NCBI GenBank assembly: GCA_965208125.1
Contig: OZ242320.1
Span: 1,984,001 to 2,048,000, forward strand
Direction of reading: 5' to 3'
Source of the DNA: Candidatus Latescibacterota bacterium
Lineage (GTDB): Bacteria > Latescibacterota > UBA2968
Length of the DNA stretch: 64,000 bases
This document shows, one piece after another, positions 9,135-17,028 of this stretch (its first letter is position 1; each line of letters begins with the position of its first letter). The notes under the pieces were generated by a model. That model ran no database searches, was not told the origin of the DNA, and was given only the letters and a program-made list of their open reading frames with translations. The translations under genes were made by a program, and so were the position numbers.

Positions 9135-10406
9135 CTATGCTTGCCAGGGGATACTGCCGTTTTGCTGCATTTCCGTCTGCAACAACTCACCCATTTCCCG
9201 AAATGCGCCAGTTTTTGCCTGATCCGATGTTTCTTGAGGATCATTGCCGAGATCATAAAGTTCCAGTGGTTCAAAAGGACTGTTGTGCAACAATTTGATG
9301 TTGCCGCGTCGAACAGCGTGCTGGTTTAGTCCGAGGAATGAGGGACCCCCGTCTTTTCGCACCCAGTACATCGCGCGATCAGAGAAATCCTGGTTTTCTC
9401 CTCTCAGCGTTGGCAAAATAGACAGTCCTTCGATTTCATGGTTGACCGATACACCTGCTATTTCGCAGGCTGTTGGGAACAGGTCCATCAGCATGGCAAC
9501 GTTGTCACACACATTGCCTTTTTCAATTCCATCTGCCCACATTGCACAGGCGGGTACCCGAATGCCGCCTTCATACATCTGCCCCTTTCCGCCTTTTAAA
9601 TCACCGTTGGTCGCGCCCACATTTAACTGTCCGCCATTGTCCGATGTGTAAATCACGAGTGTATTGGCGAGTTGTCCGGTTTGCTCAAGCGTGTCCAGGA
9701 CCCGACCAATGCCCGCATCCATGTGTTCGACCAGTGCGATGTATTTCACCCGTTCGGACGAGGCGTCAGGCTCGCGCTGGCGCACCCGTTCTATCCATTC
9801 TTCTGGCGGTTGAATAGGTGTGTGCGGCGCATTATAAGCCAGGTACAGGAAAAACGGCTGTGACGAGTGTGCGTGTCCTCGAATCACTTCTATCGCCCAT
9901 TCTGTAAACAAATCCGTCGCGTGTCCACGCGGATCAATTACCTCGAGGTCTTTCCGCATGTAATTGTGGTCGTGTCGCAAATGCGTGTAATAATCGTCCA
10001 TCATGTCGCCCAGAAAACCGTGGAAATGATCAAAGCCGCGCTTGCACGGGTGGTTTTCTGGCTCGAGGCCCAGGTGCCATTTTCCAACGGTTGACGTGTG
10101 ATAGTCTTTTTGTTTGAGCATTGATGGCAGTGTTATGGCATCACGGCTGAAATATCCCCAATTACTCTCGGGGTAAGTGCGAATCACGCCAGGCACGCCA
10201 ACTCGATCTGGATACCGCCCCGTCATCAGTGCTGCGCGACTGGGGGAACACACGGAGGAATTTGCGTAGAATTGCGTCAACCGAGTGCCGTTTTCAGCAA
10301 TGCGATCGATATTCGGCGTTTGAATATGCGGTCCCCGATGCGCTGAGATATCGCCGTAACCGTGATCATCACCCAGGATTATTAAGATATTTGGCAACTG
10401 TGCCAT
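9135..10406 (-). CDS. Arylsulfatase (S1)
   Basis: GDDHGYGD, CSPSRAALMTG, GKWHLG, SDNG. Confidence 0.95.
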   Translation of the reverse strand: MAQLPNILIILGDDHGYGDISAHRGPHIQTPNIDRIAENGTRLTQFYANSSVCSPSRAALMTGRYPDRVGVPGVIRTYPESNWGYFSRDAITLPSMLKQKDYHTSTVGKWHLGLEPENHPCKRGFDHFHGFLGDMMDDYYTHLRHDHNYMRKDLEVIDPRGHATDLFTEWAIEVIRGHAHSSQPFFLYLAYNAPHTPIQPPEEWIERVRQREPDASSERVKYIALVEHMDAGIGRVLDTLEQTGQLANTLVIYTSDNGGQLNVGATNGDLKGGKGQMYEGGIRVPACAMWADGIEKGNVCDNVAMLMDLFPTACEIAGVSVNHEIEGLSILPTLRGENQDFSDRAMYWVRKDGGPSFLGLNQHAVRRGNIKLLHNSPFEPLELYDLGNDPQETSDQAKTGAFREMGELLQTEMQQNGSIPWQA

Positions 10407-10421
10407 TTCATCTCCTTATAA

Positions 10422-10712
10422 TTACATGTGCCGCAGCATTCGCCGCACGAGTTCGCGTTTTTCCGCGGGGTCTTTTGCCCAACAAATTTCCTCAAATTGA
10501 TCTTCAAATGTTCCGGGATTTTCGATTGCTTGATCCCGACTCAATTTTTGCAACTGCTCAATTTCACGAGGATCGAGTCTGTGGGACATGCGGTTTAACG
10601 CAAATTTGAACCGTTTCGGATTTCGCAAAAAATAAGTGCCCAGATCCCGGAGCATGTCGCCGTATTTCAAACCTTGCTCCGCAACTGTTTCCGCGAGTTT
10701 ATCCTTTTGCAT
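10422..10712 (-). CDS. Small helical hypothetical protein (96 aa)
   Basis: AGGAGG RBS before MQKDKLA; fills the gap between two sulfatase genes with tight spacing. Confidence 0.7.
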   Translation of the reverse strand: MQKDKLAETVAEQGLKYGDMLRDLGTYFLRNPKRFKFALNRMSHRLDPREIEQLQKLSRDQAIENPGTFEDQFEEICWAKDPAEKRELVRRMLRHM

Positions 10713-10728
10713 GACTAAAATCCTCCTG

Positions 10729-12141
10729 TTACTCACCGGGACGTTTTCCAATTGTATCCGCAAGGTGGTTCATCAGGTCATCGAGTGCCTGCCGCGATGC
10801 GCGACCGCGAAATGCTTCGAGCGCCGGGTCGCTTGTTTCCACCATCCATTCTTCGAGCGCGTTTCTCAGAGCCTGGAGTTCATCGGCGTAGTTGGGATCG
10901 CCAATGAGGTTGTTCAGCGCATTGGGATCGTTTTCAAAATCGTAAAATTCTTCGAGTACGCGATAGCTGAACAAATGGGTTCGCGCAGCCAATTCCGGGT
11001 CGTTGGCTTCTGCTTCTTTCATCGCCTGCCAGGACCGACCATTCTGGGATTCATTGCGAAATTCCCGCTCGCCATCGGACCAGGGGTTGAAGATATAGCC
11101 GAATCGCGCGTTTTGCACGCATCGCATCGGGTAATTGCGCCGCCCCGAGGTCTGGTGAAATTGCGTGAACACTTGTGCGCATCCATCCTGCTTTTCACCC
11201 TGCAATACGGGCAAACGCGATTTGCCATTGACGCCGTCCGGGATATCTACGCCAATCGCATCCAATACTGTAGGCAAGTAATCTACCCCGGAAATAAAAT
11301 GCTCGGTATCCACGCGCCCGGCTTGAATGACCGCGGGCCACCGCGCCAAAAAGGGTGTGCGCGTGCTGTTTAGATAACAATTTGTTTTTGCAAAGGGGAA
11401 TGCCATGCCATTATCAGATAGGAACATTATAAGTGTGTTCTCCGCCACGCCCGCTTCGTCCAGCACGTCGAGCAATCGGCCTACGGTATCATCACAGCGG
11501 CGAACAGAGTTGTAATACTCGGCAATTTCCAGACGCACGTCCGGTAGATCGGGCAAAAATTCGGGAATGACCACTTCTTCTGGTTCAAATGTGCGCGAGG
11601 GCGGTACCGCAGGCGGGTCGAGTTCGCTGTACCATTCGGGCTTGTCATTGCCGTAAAACGGACGGTGCGGATCGTGAGAATTTGCCATGAGAAAAAATGG
11701 GCGCTCGCCATCTACGGCAGCTTGAACAAAGCTTTTTGCATGCTGATAATACGCATCGGGATTTCGTCCCTGCCCCAAATCGATCTGGTCATACGCCATG
11801 TCCCATTGAAATGCCGCGTATGGCGTCGAGTGTGTCACTTTGCCCAAAATGCCCACATCATAGCCCTCACCGCGCAAAATATCGGGTAGTATGGGGACGC
11901 CTTCGTGTCGCAAATGGTAAAAGCCCTCGCCGCCGCTGAGATGCGGATATCGCCCGGTCATCAATGCCGAGCGGCTCGGTTGGCATACCGCTATCGTCAC
12001 ATGTCCGTGGTTAAACCGCAATCCCCCCGCGGCCAATCGATCAATATTTGGGGTCGTCCCCGCTGTTGGGCAACCAAACGCCCCCACTGCATCCCAGTTC
12101 ATGTCATCTGCTGTTATCAACATAAAATTAGGTCTGTTCAT
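10729..12141 (-). CDS. Sulfatase, N-sulfoglucosamine sulfohydrolase-like
   Basis: ITADD, CQPSRSALMTG, DPHRPF, SDNGMAFPFAK; start placed at MNRPNF. Confidence 0.9.
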   Translation of the reverse strand: MNRPNFMLITADDMNWDAVGAFGCPTAGTTPNIDRLAAGGLRFNHGHVTIAVCQPSRSALMTGRYPHLSGGEGFYHLRHEGVPILPDILRGEGYDVGILGKVTHSTPYAAFQWDMAYDQIDLGQGRNPDAYYQHAKSFVQAAVDGERPFFLMANSHDPHRPFYGNDKPEWYSELDPPAVPPSRTFEPEEVVIPEFLPDLPDVRLEIAEYYNSVRRCDDTVGRLLDVLDEAGVAENTLIMFLSDNGMAFPFAKTNCYLNSTRTPFLARWPAVIQAGRVDTEHFISGVDYLPTVLDAIGVDIPDGVNGKSRLPVLQGEKQDGCAQVFTQFHQTSGRRNYPMRCVQNARFGYIFNPWSDGEREFRNESQNGRSWQAMKEAEANDPELAARTHLFSYRVLEEFYDFENDPNALNNLIGDPNYADELQALRNALEEWMVETSDPALEAFRGRASRQALDDLMNHLADTIGKRPGE

Positions 12142-12155
12142 TTTGATCCTTTCCT

Positions 12156-12614
12156 CTATTCTTCCCCATCGTAATATTCCACCTCGGTCAGGCGGCCCAA
12201 TTTGCCCGGTGGGCGGATCGCCCATTTATCTGAGTCCGGATAATAGACCGGGTCACTTACGGGATTGTCGGCAATGACATAATAAATCAAGTCTTCTGTC
12301 GCACTTGTGTTGCGAATCTGATGCGCAGTACCGGGCGGCTGAACAAATGCATCGCCTGCTCCCACCTCAAATGTGTGATCATTTCGGCGCACGGTGCCCT
12401 GGCCGCGGAGTACGATATAAAATTCCCATTGTACCTGATGCGCATGGCATGGAAAATTTGTCTTTCCCGGCGGCAAGCGCACCCATTCAACCTCAAATGG
12501 TTGTCCTTCGGTCTCCAATGCTCCGGAAATATCCTTTCGAGACAAACCGTATTTGCCTGTACGCGATTGGCGCGATTTTTCCTCTATTTCCGATTCGTTG
12601 ATTTTTTCTATCAC
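12156..12614 (-). CDS. Cupin domain protein (intact copy)
   Basis: HAHQVQWE...PPGTAHQ cupin motifs; C-terminal YPDSDK...YYDGE. Confidence 0.9.
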   Translation of the reverse strand: MIEKINESEIEEKSRQSRTGKYGLSRKDISGALETEGQPFEVEWVRLPPGKTNFPCHAHQVQWEFYIVLRGQGTVRRNDHTFEVGAGDAFVQPPGTAHQIRNTSATEDLIYYVIADNPVSDPVYYPDSDKWAIRPPGKLGRLTEVEYYDGEE

Positions 12615-13619
12615 TGTGATCTTCTCCCTTAGAAGCGTTTAATGGGCGTTCCATCCGCCATCCACATATAGCGATGCTCCCATCATAAAGTTGGACGCAT
12701 CGTCCATACCATACCAACAACAATTGTGGCAATAATCAAGATTCGTAAGATAATGGCAAACAAAACAGTAATTACAGTAATTATTCAAACGATTGTGCTG
12801 TCATTGAGTAGTCTGACAAGAATTTTGGTCGCTTTATTCATCATTGATAACCCCCTCAGCAAGCCTAAATTCCAGTGCCAATTTTATTTTACCAATAACT
12901 TCCAAAATCTTGTCACGTTCTATTTGTAGCTCATTTTTAGTAACACTGAGAGTGAGCGGAAACGTCTTAAAGATGTCTTGTGCCTGAACCAAATTTTTTT
13001 TGTTTTTTCTTAGAAGTACTATTGCATATCTGAAATCAGAAAGTATATCTATGGGCGTAAAATGCTCATCAAACAGTTCGGCCTGACCCCCTGTTAGTGG
13101 GTTGGTAACAATCCTACCTTTTTGGCTGTATTTCTCAATCAAATTATCCGAGTCCGGATAATAGACCGGGTCACTTACGGGATTGTCGGCAATGACATAA
13201 TAAATCAGATCTTCTGTCGCACTTGTGTTGCGAATCTGATGCGCGGTGCCGGGTGGTTGAACAAATGCGTCGCCTGCTCCCACCTCAAATGTATGATCGT
13301 TTCGGCGCACGGTGCCCTGGCCTCGGAGTACGATATAAAATTCCCACTGTACCTGATGCGCATGACACGGAAAATTTGTCTTTCCCGGCGGCAAGCGCAC
13401 CCATTCAACCTCAAATGGCTGTCCCGTGGTTTCCAATGCTCCGGAAATATCCTTTCGATGCAAACCGTATTTGCCCGTGCGCGATTGGCGCGCTATTTCC
13501 TCTATTTCCGATTCGTTGATTTTTTCTATCACTGTGATTTTCCTCAAAATAGTTGTTCACTGGGCGTTCCATCCGCCATCCACATATAGCGATGCTCCCG
13601 TCATAAAGCTGGATGCATC
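12226..13619. repeat. Diverged direct repeat of about 476 bp (12226-12701 and 13144-13619; constant offset 918) around a 442-bp AT-rich insert
   Basis: Both copies contain the SDR 3' end, the intergenic gap and most of the cupin gene; scattered substitutions, no indels seen. Confidence 0.95.
12834..13532 (-). CDS. Truncated cupin copy fused in frame to about 100 aa of unrelated AT-rich sequence (chimera or pseudogene)
   Basis: Near-identical to 12156-12614 up to YPDSD, then NLIEKYSQ...INDE*. Confidence 0.75.
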   Translation of the reverse strand: MIEKINESEIEEIARQSRTGKYGLHRKDISGALETTGQPFEVEWVRLPPGKTNFPCHAHQVQWEFYIVLRGQGTVRRNDHTFEVGAGDAFVQPPGTAHQIRNTSATEDLIYYVIADNPVSDPVYYPDSDNLIEKYSQKGRIVTNPLTGGQAELFDEHFTPIDILSDFRYAIVLLRKNKKNLVQAQDIFKTFPLTLSVTKNELQIERDKILEVIGKIKLALEFRLAEGVINDE

Positions 13620-14336
13620 ACTCGCCAAAAATAAGGCTGCGCCACGAATTTCATGCAATTCGGCCCAGCGATTTAATGCGGTCAATTCCAATAACGATTT
13701 TACCTTCTCGGGCGTCTTTAGAAGCGGCACATTGATTTCTGTCAAAAAGGGTCCAGGACACAATGCATTGCACCGCACATTGGACTCGGCCCACTCCAGA
13801 GCCATCGTTTTTGTCATCCCGATTAATCCCGCTTTTGACGAACAATAGGCCGAGCGCTCTCTTAACCCGACGCCGCTTAATGCCGACGCGATGTTTACCA
13901 CTGAACCCGATCCCTGTGGCTTCATAACCCGGGCAGCTGCTCGACAACACAACCATACGCCGGTCAGATTGATGTCGATCACTTGCTTAAACTCGTCGAG
14001 GGGAAAATCCTCCACGGGATGCCGAATATTAATCCCCGCACTGTTGATCAATACGTCCAGCTTGCCGTATTTCTCGATGACGGTATCAAATACCCGGTCC
14101 ACGTCTTTTTCACGGGTTACATCTCCAGCGATACCGAGACTCTCTTGCCGTGTTTCTTCTGCGATTTCTGCGGCCACGCGGTCACAATCTGTCTGTGTCC
14201 GCGAACAAATGATGGTTTTTGCACCGGCCTGCGCCAATCCCATCGCCATTGATGCGCCCAATCCTTTGGATCCCCCGGTGATTAACGCGACCTTTCCGTC
14301 TAACCGAAACAAATCCATTACATATATTTCTGACAT
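13557..14336 (-). CDS. Short-chain dehydrogenase (gluconate 5-dehydrogenase/KduD-like)
   Basis: TGGSKGLG, NSAG, YCSSK catalytic motif, VDGG. Confidence 0.93.
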   Translation of the reverse strand: MSEIYVMDLFRLDGKVALITGGSKGLGASMAMGLAQAGAKTIICSRTQTDCDRVAAEIAEETRQESLGIAGDVTREKDVDRVFDTVIEKYGKLDVLINSAGINIRHPVEDFPLDEFKQVIDINLTGVWLCCRAAARVMKPQGSGSVVNIASALSGVGLRERSAYCSSKAGLIGMTKTMALEWAESNVRCNALCPGPFLTEINVPLLKTPEKVKSLLELTALNRWAELHEIRGAALFLASDASSFMTGASLYVDGGWNAQ

Positions 14337-14368
14337 ATTTTTCTCCAGTGGTCAGCAATCAAATCAGA

Positions 14369-14470
14369 GGGCGACCACAGGCGGTCTCCCCTACAGACCG
14401 GATAACATATCATCGTAGGGGGGACGGTCCCCGTATAGAATCACTACGGGGCAGGCTCCTGTGCCGTCCC
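14369..14470. repeat. Inverted pair of GTAG-type REP elements; the second contains a nested hairpin
   Basis: GGGCGACCACAGGCGGTCTCCCCTAC (14369-14394) and GTAGGGGGGACGG...CCTGTGCCGTCCC (14415-14470). Confidence 0.75.
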
Positions 14471-15552
14471 TATGGTCTCAATGTCACCTTTACGGACTGC
14501 GTTCCGTCTGCTACGAGGTCCATACCCTTGTGAAAATCCTCAAGTGGCAATTGATGGGTTACGATCTGGTCTATTGGGAGGAGGTCCTGTTCGAGCATTC
14601 GAATGGCGATGGGATAACAATGGGGGCTCAAATGCGCGCCGTGAATATTGAGTTCTTTTGTATCTCCAATAATCGTCCAATCCGTTGTCACGGGTTCGCG
14701 CATTACGCTGAATTCGACAAATGTGCCGAGTTTGCAAATCATGAGCAGGCCCTGTTCCACTGCTGCGGGATGCCCGGTTGCCTCAATATACACATCGCAA
14801 CCATAACCCTCTGTCAATTTATGGACTTCGTCAATCACATCTACTGTATTTGGATTCAATCCCAGATCTGCCCCACAGGCTCTGGCTATTTCCAGGCGTC
14901 TATCATCCAGGTCTAACGCGATCAGCAAAGCGGGATTCTTCATCCGCGCGGCAGCGACCATACCCAGGCCGAGTGGTCCCGCGCCGGCAATTACGACTGT
15001 GTGGTTTAACTGGATATTGCCGCGTTCGACCGCGTGAATCGCACAGGCGAGAGGTTCTACGTACGCCGCATGCGCGGCGGGTATGGATTTTGGCACGCGG
15101 TAATTCAGGGCTCTGGCGGGTAGCCTGCAATATTCGGCCATTGCGCCAAATGTCGCCTGGCGAAAGCCGTAAATGTCGTGTACCATGCACATCCAGTATT
15201 GCCCGCGCAAGCAATAACGACACGCGCCGCACGGCACGATTTGCTCCGATACGGCGAGGTCGCCAATCGCCAGTCCGTATTTGTCTCTTGCACCGTCACC
15301 CAGTGCAACGACCTCTCCCACAAATTCGTGCCCGGGAATAATCGGTGCCTGGCAATAGCCCTCGCGGTGGGAATCGCCCCAGAACATGGGTGCTCCCAGA
15401 TAGCACTTCAAATCGCTTGCACATATACCGACCGATTGCACGCGAATGAGAACCTCACCCGCATCTATCTGGGGCACTGCGTATTCTTCCAGGCGATAAT
15501 CTTCGGGCGCGTGACACATTACTGCGGGCATTGTTTTTGGCAAATCACCCAT
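14470..15552 (-). CDS. Zn-dependent alcohol dehydrogenase, erythritol/L-threitol dehydrogenase-like
   Basis: GICASDLKC, GHE, CGACRYC Zn lobe, GAGPLG; N-terminus resembles EltD-type enzymes as I recall them. Confidence 0.88.
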   Translation of the reverse strand: MGDLPKTMPAVMCHAPEDYRLEEYAVPQIDAGEVLIRVQSVGICASDLKCYLGAPMFWGDSHREGYCQAPIIPGHEFVGEVVALGDGARDKYGLAIGDLAVSEQIVPCGACRYCLRGQYWMCMVHDIYGFRQATFGAMAEYCRLPARALNYRVPKSIPAAHAAYVEPLACAIHAVERGNIQLNHTVVIAGAGPLGLGMVAAARMKNPALLIALDLDDRRLEIARACGADLGLNPNTVDVIDEVHKLTEGYGCDVYIEATGHPAAVEQGLLMICKLGTFVEFSVMREPVTTDWTIIGDTKELNIHGAHLSPHCYPIAIRMLEQDLLPIDQIVTHQLPLEDFHKGMDLVADGTQSVKVTLRP

Positions 15553-15658
15553 ATCGAATCCTTTTCTTGACAAGAGAAAGACCTTAGGATACACTTTAAC
15601 ACTTTGACAGTATAAAGAAAAACGCAACAATTTTCATCTCTAACCTTATGAGGTAAAA

Positions 15659-16954
15659 GTGGCGATTGGTATTGGCTTGATTGGCATGGGCGTTGTCGGT
15701 GGCGGTGTGGCCCGCATTCTTCGGGACCGGGAACGCGAATTCAAAGACGTTCGAGGTCTCGATCTCGATATTCGCAAAGTTGCTGTGCGCGATTTGTCCA
15801 AATCTCGCGCAATTGATTTGATGCCCGATTGTTTTACGACCAATCCTATGGATGTGGTCGCGGATCCGACAATCCAGATTGTGGTCGAGGTGATGGGCGG
15901 TGTTGATGCGGCTTATGATCTCGTTCTCGCGGCGCTTCAAAATGGCAAAGATGTTGTTACGGCGAACAAAGCTCTTCTTGCCGAACGCGGCGACAGCCTG
16001 TTTGAGGCTGCGGTGAAAAATAATGCAGGACTCGGCTTTGAAGCCAGCGTCTGTGGCGGTATTCCCATTATCCAGACACTCAGCCAGGGGCTGGTGGCCA
16101 ACAATATTCAATCGCTTTACGGCATTCTCAACGGCACGACCAACTACATCCTCACCCGGATGACAGAAGCCGGGGAGGACTTTGATCCCATGCTCAAAGA
16201 AGCACAGGACAAAGGGTTTGCCGAAGCCGATCCCACTATGGATATCGACGGCACAGATGCGGCTCAAAAGCTCGCGCTTCTCTGTCGTCTCGCTTTTCGT
16301 CAGCGCGTCTCGTCCGGCGATATTCTCAAAGAGGGAATCTCTCACATCACAGCATTAGATATCGATTTTGCCCGCGAACTCGGCTATACCATCAAGTTGC
16401 TCGGCATAGCCCGCGTGGTGGGCAATCGCATTGAAGTTCGCGTGCATCCCGCCTTTGTGCCACACGATGTACTCCTGGCCGATATTCGCAATGAATTCAA
16501 CGCTGTGGAAATTGTCGGTAGTGCGGTTGACGCCCAGGTCTTTTACGGCAAAGGCGCCGGTGAATTGCCCACGGCCAGCGCGGTGGTCGCCGACCTTGTC
16601 GCAATCGCGGAGCGGCGCAAAGCCGGTCTTGGTCCCGCGGGAGCACCGCTTGCTCCGCTACCCGAGGCAGACCTCGTTCCCATCGGCGATATTCAGACCG
16701 GTAGCTATTGTCGCCTTACTGTTTACGACAAACCCGGGGTGCTGGCACAGGTTGCAGCGCTCTTTGCCGGTGAAGATATCAGTATAGAAACAGTCATCCA
16801 GCACGGACGTTCGGAAACAGAAGGTGGCACGGTTCCCCTGATTATGATCACGCACGATGCTCCCGAAGCTGCGATGCAACGCGCCATCACGCGCATCGGG
16901 AATTTGTCCGCTGTGACAGAAAAACCGCAGATTATTCGGATTCTTCATCCGTGA
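15659..16954 (+). CDS. hom: Homoserine dehydrogenase with C-terminal ACT domain
   Basis: GMGVVGGG, VTANKALLA, FEASVCGGIP, GILNGTTNYIL, GKGAGELPTASAV, DKPGVLA. Confidence 0.97.
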   Translation: MAIGIGLIGMGVVGGGVARILRDREREFKDVRGLDLDIRKVAVRDLSKSRAIDLMPDCFTTNPMDVVADPTIQIVVEVMGGVDAAYDLVLAALQNGKDVVTANKALLAERGDSLFEAAVKNNAGLGFEASVCGGIPIIQTLSQGLVANNIQSLYGILNGTTNYILTRMTEAGEDFDPMLKEAQDKGFAEADPTMDIDGTDAAQKLALLCRLAFRQRVSSGDILKEGISHITALDIDFARELGYTIKLLGIARVVGNRIEVRVHPAFVPHDVLLADIRNEFNAVEIVGSAVDAQVFYGKGAGELPTASAVVADLVAIAERRKAGLGPAGAPLAPLPEADLVPIGDIQTGSYCRLTVYDKPGVLAQVAALFAGEDISIETVIQHGRSETEGGTVPLIMITHDAPEAAMQRAITRIGNLSAVTEKPQIIRILHP

Positions 16955-16968
16955 GAGGATGAGAAAAC

Positions 16969-16999
16969 AAAAAAGCGGCAGAGAATTTTCTCTGCCGCT
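16969..16999 (-). terminator. Intrinsic terminator between convergent hom and gyrA
   Basis: AGCGGCAGAGAA/TTCTCTGCCGCT stem with an A-tract on the left (U-tract for gyrA). Confidence 0.8.
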
Positions 17000-17028
17000 G
17001 CGTATTTTCATTCAAAAGATTGTGTTGT

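Noticed and set aside
12156-13619. Diversity-generating retroelement TR/VR pair
   Set aside because: Mismatches are not confined to adenines, the repeat spans two genes, and no reverse transcriptase is in the window.
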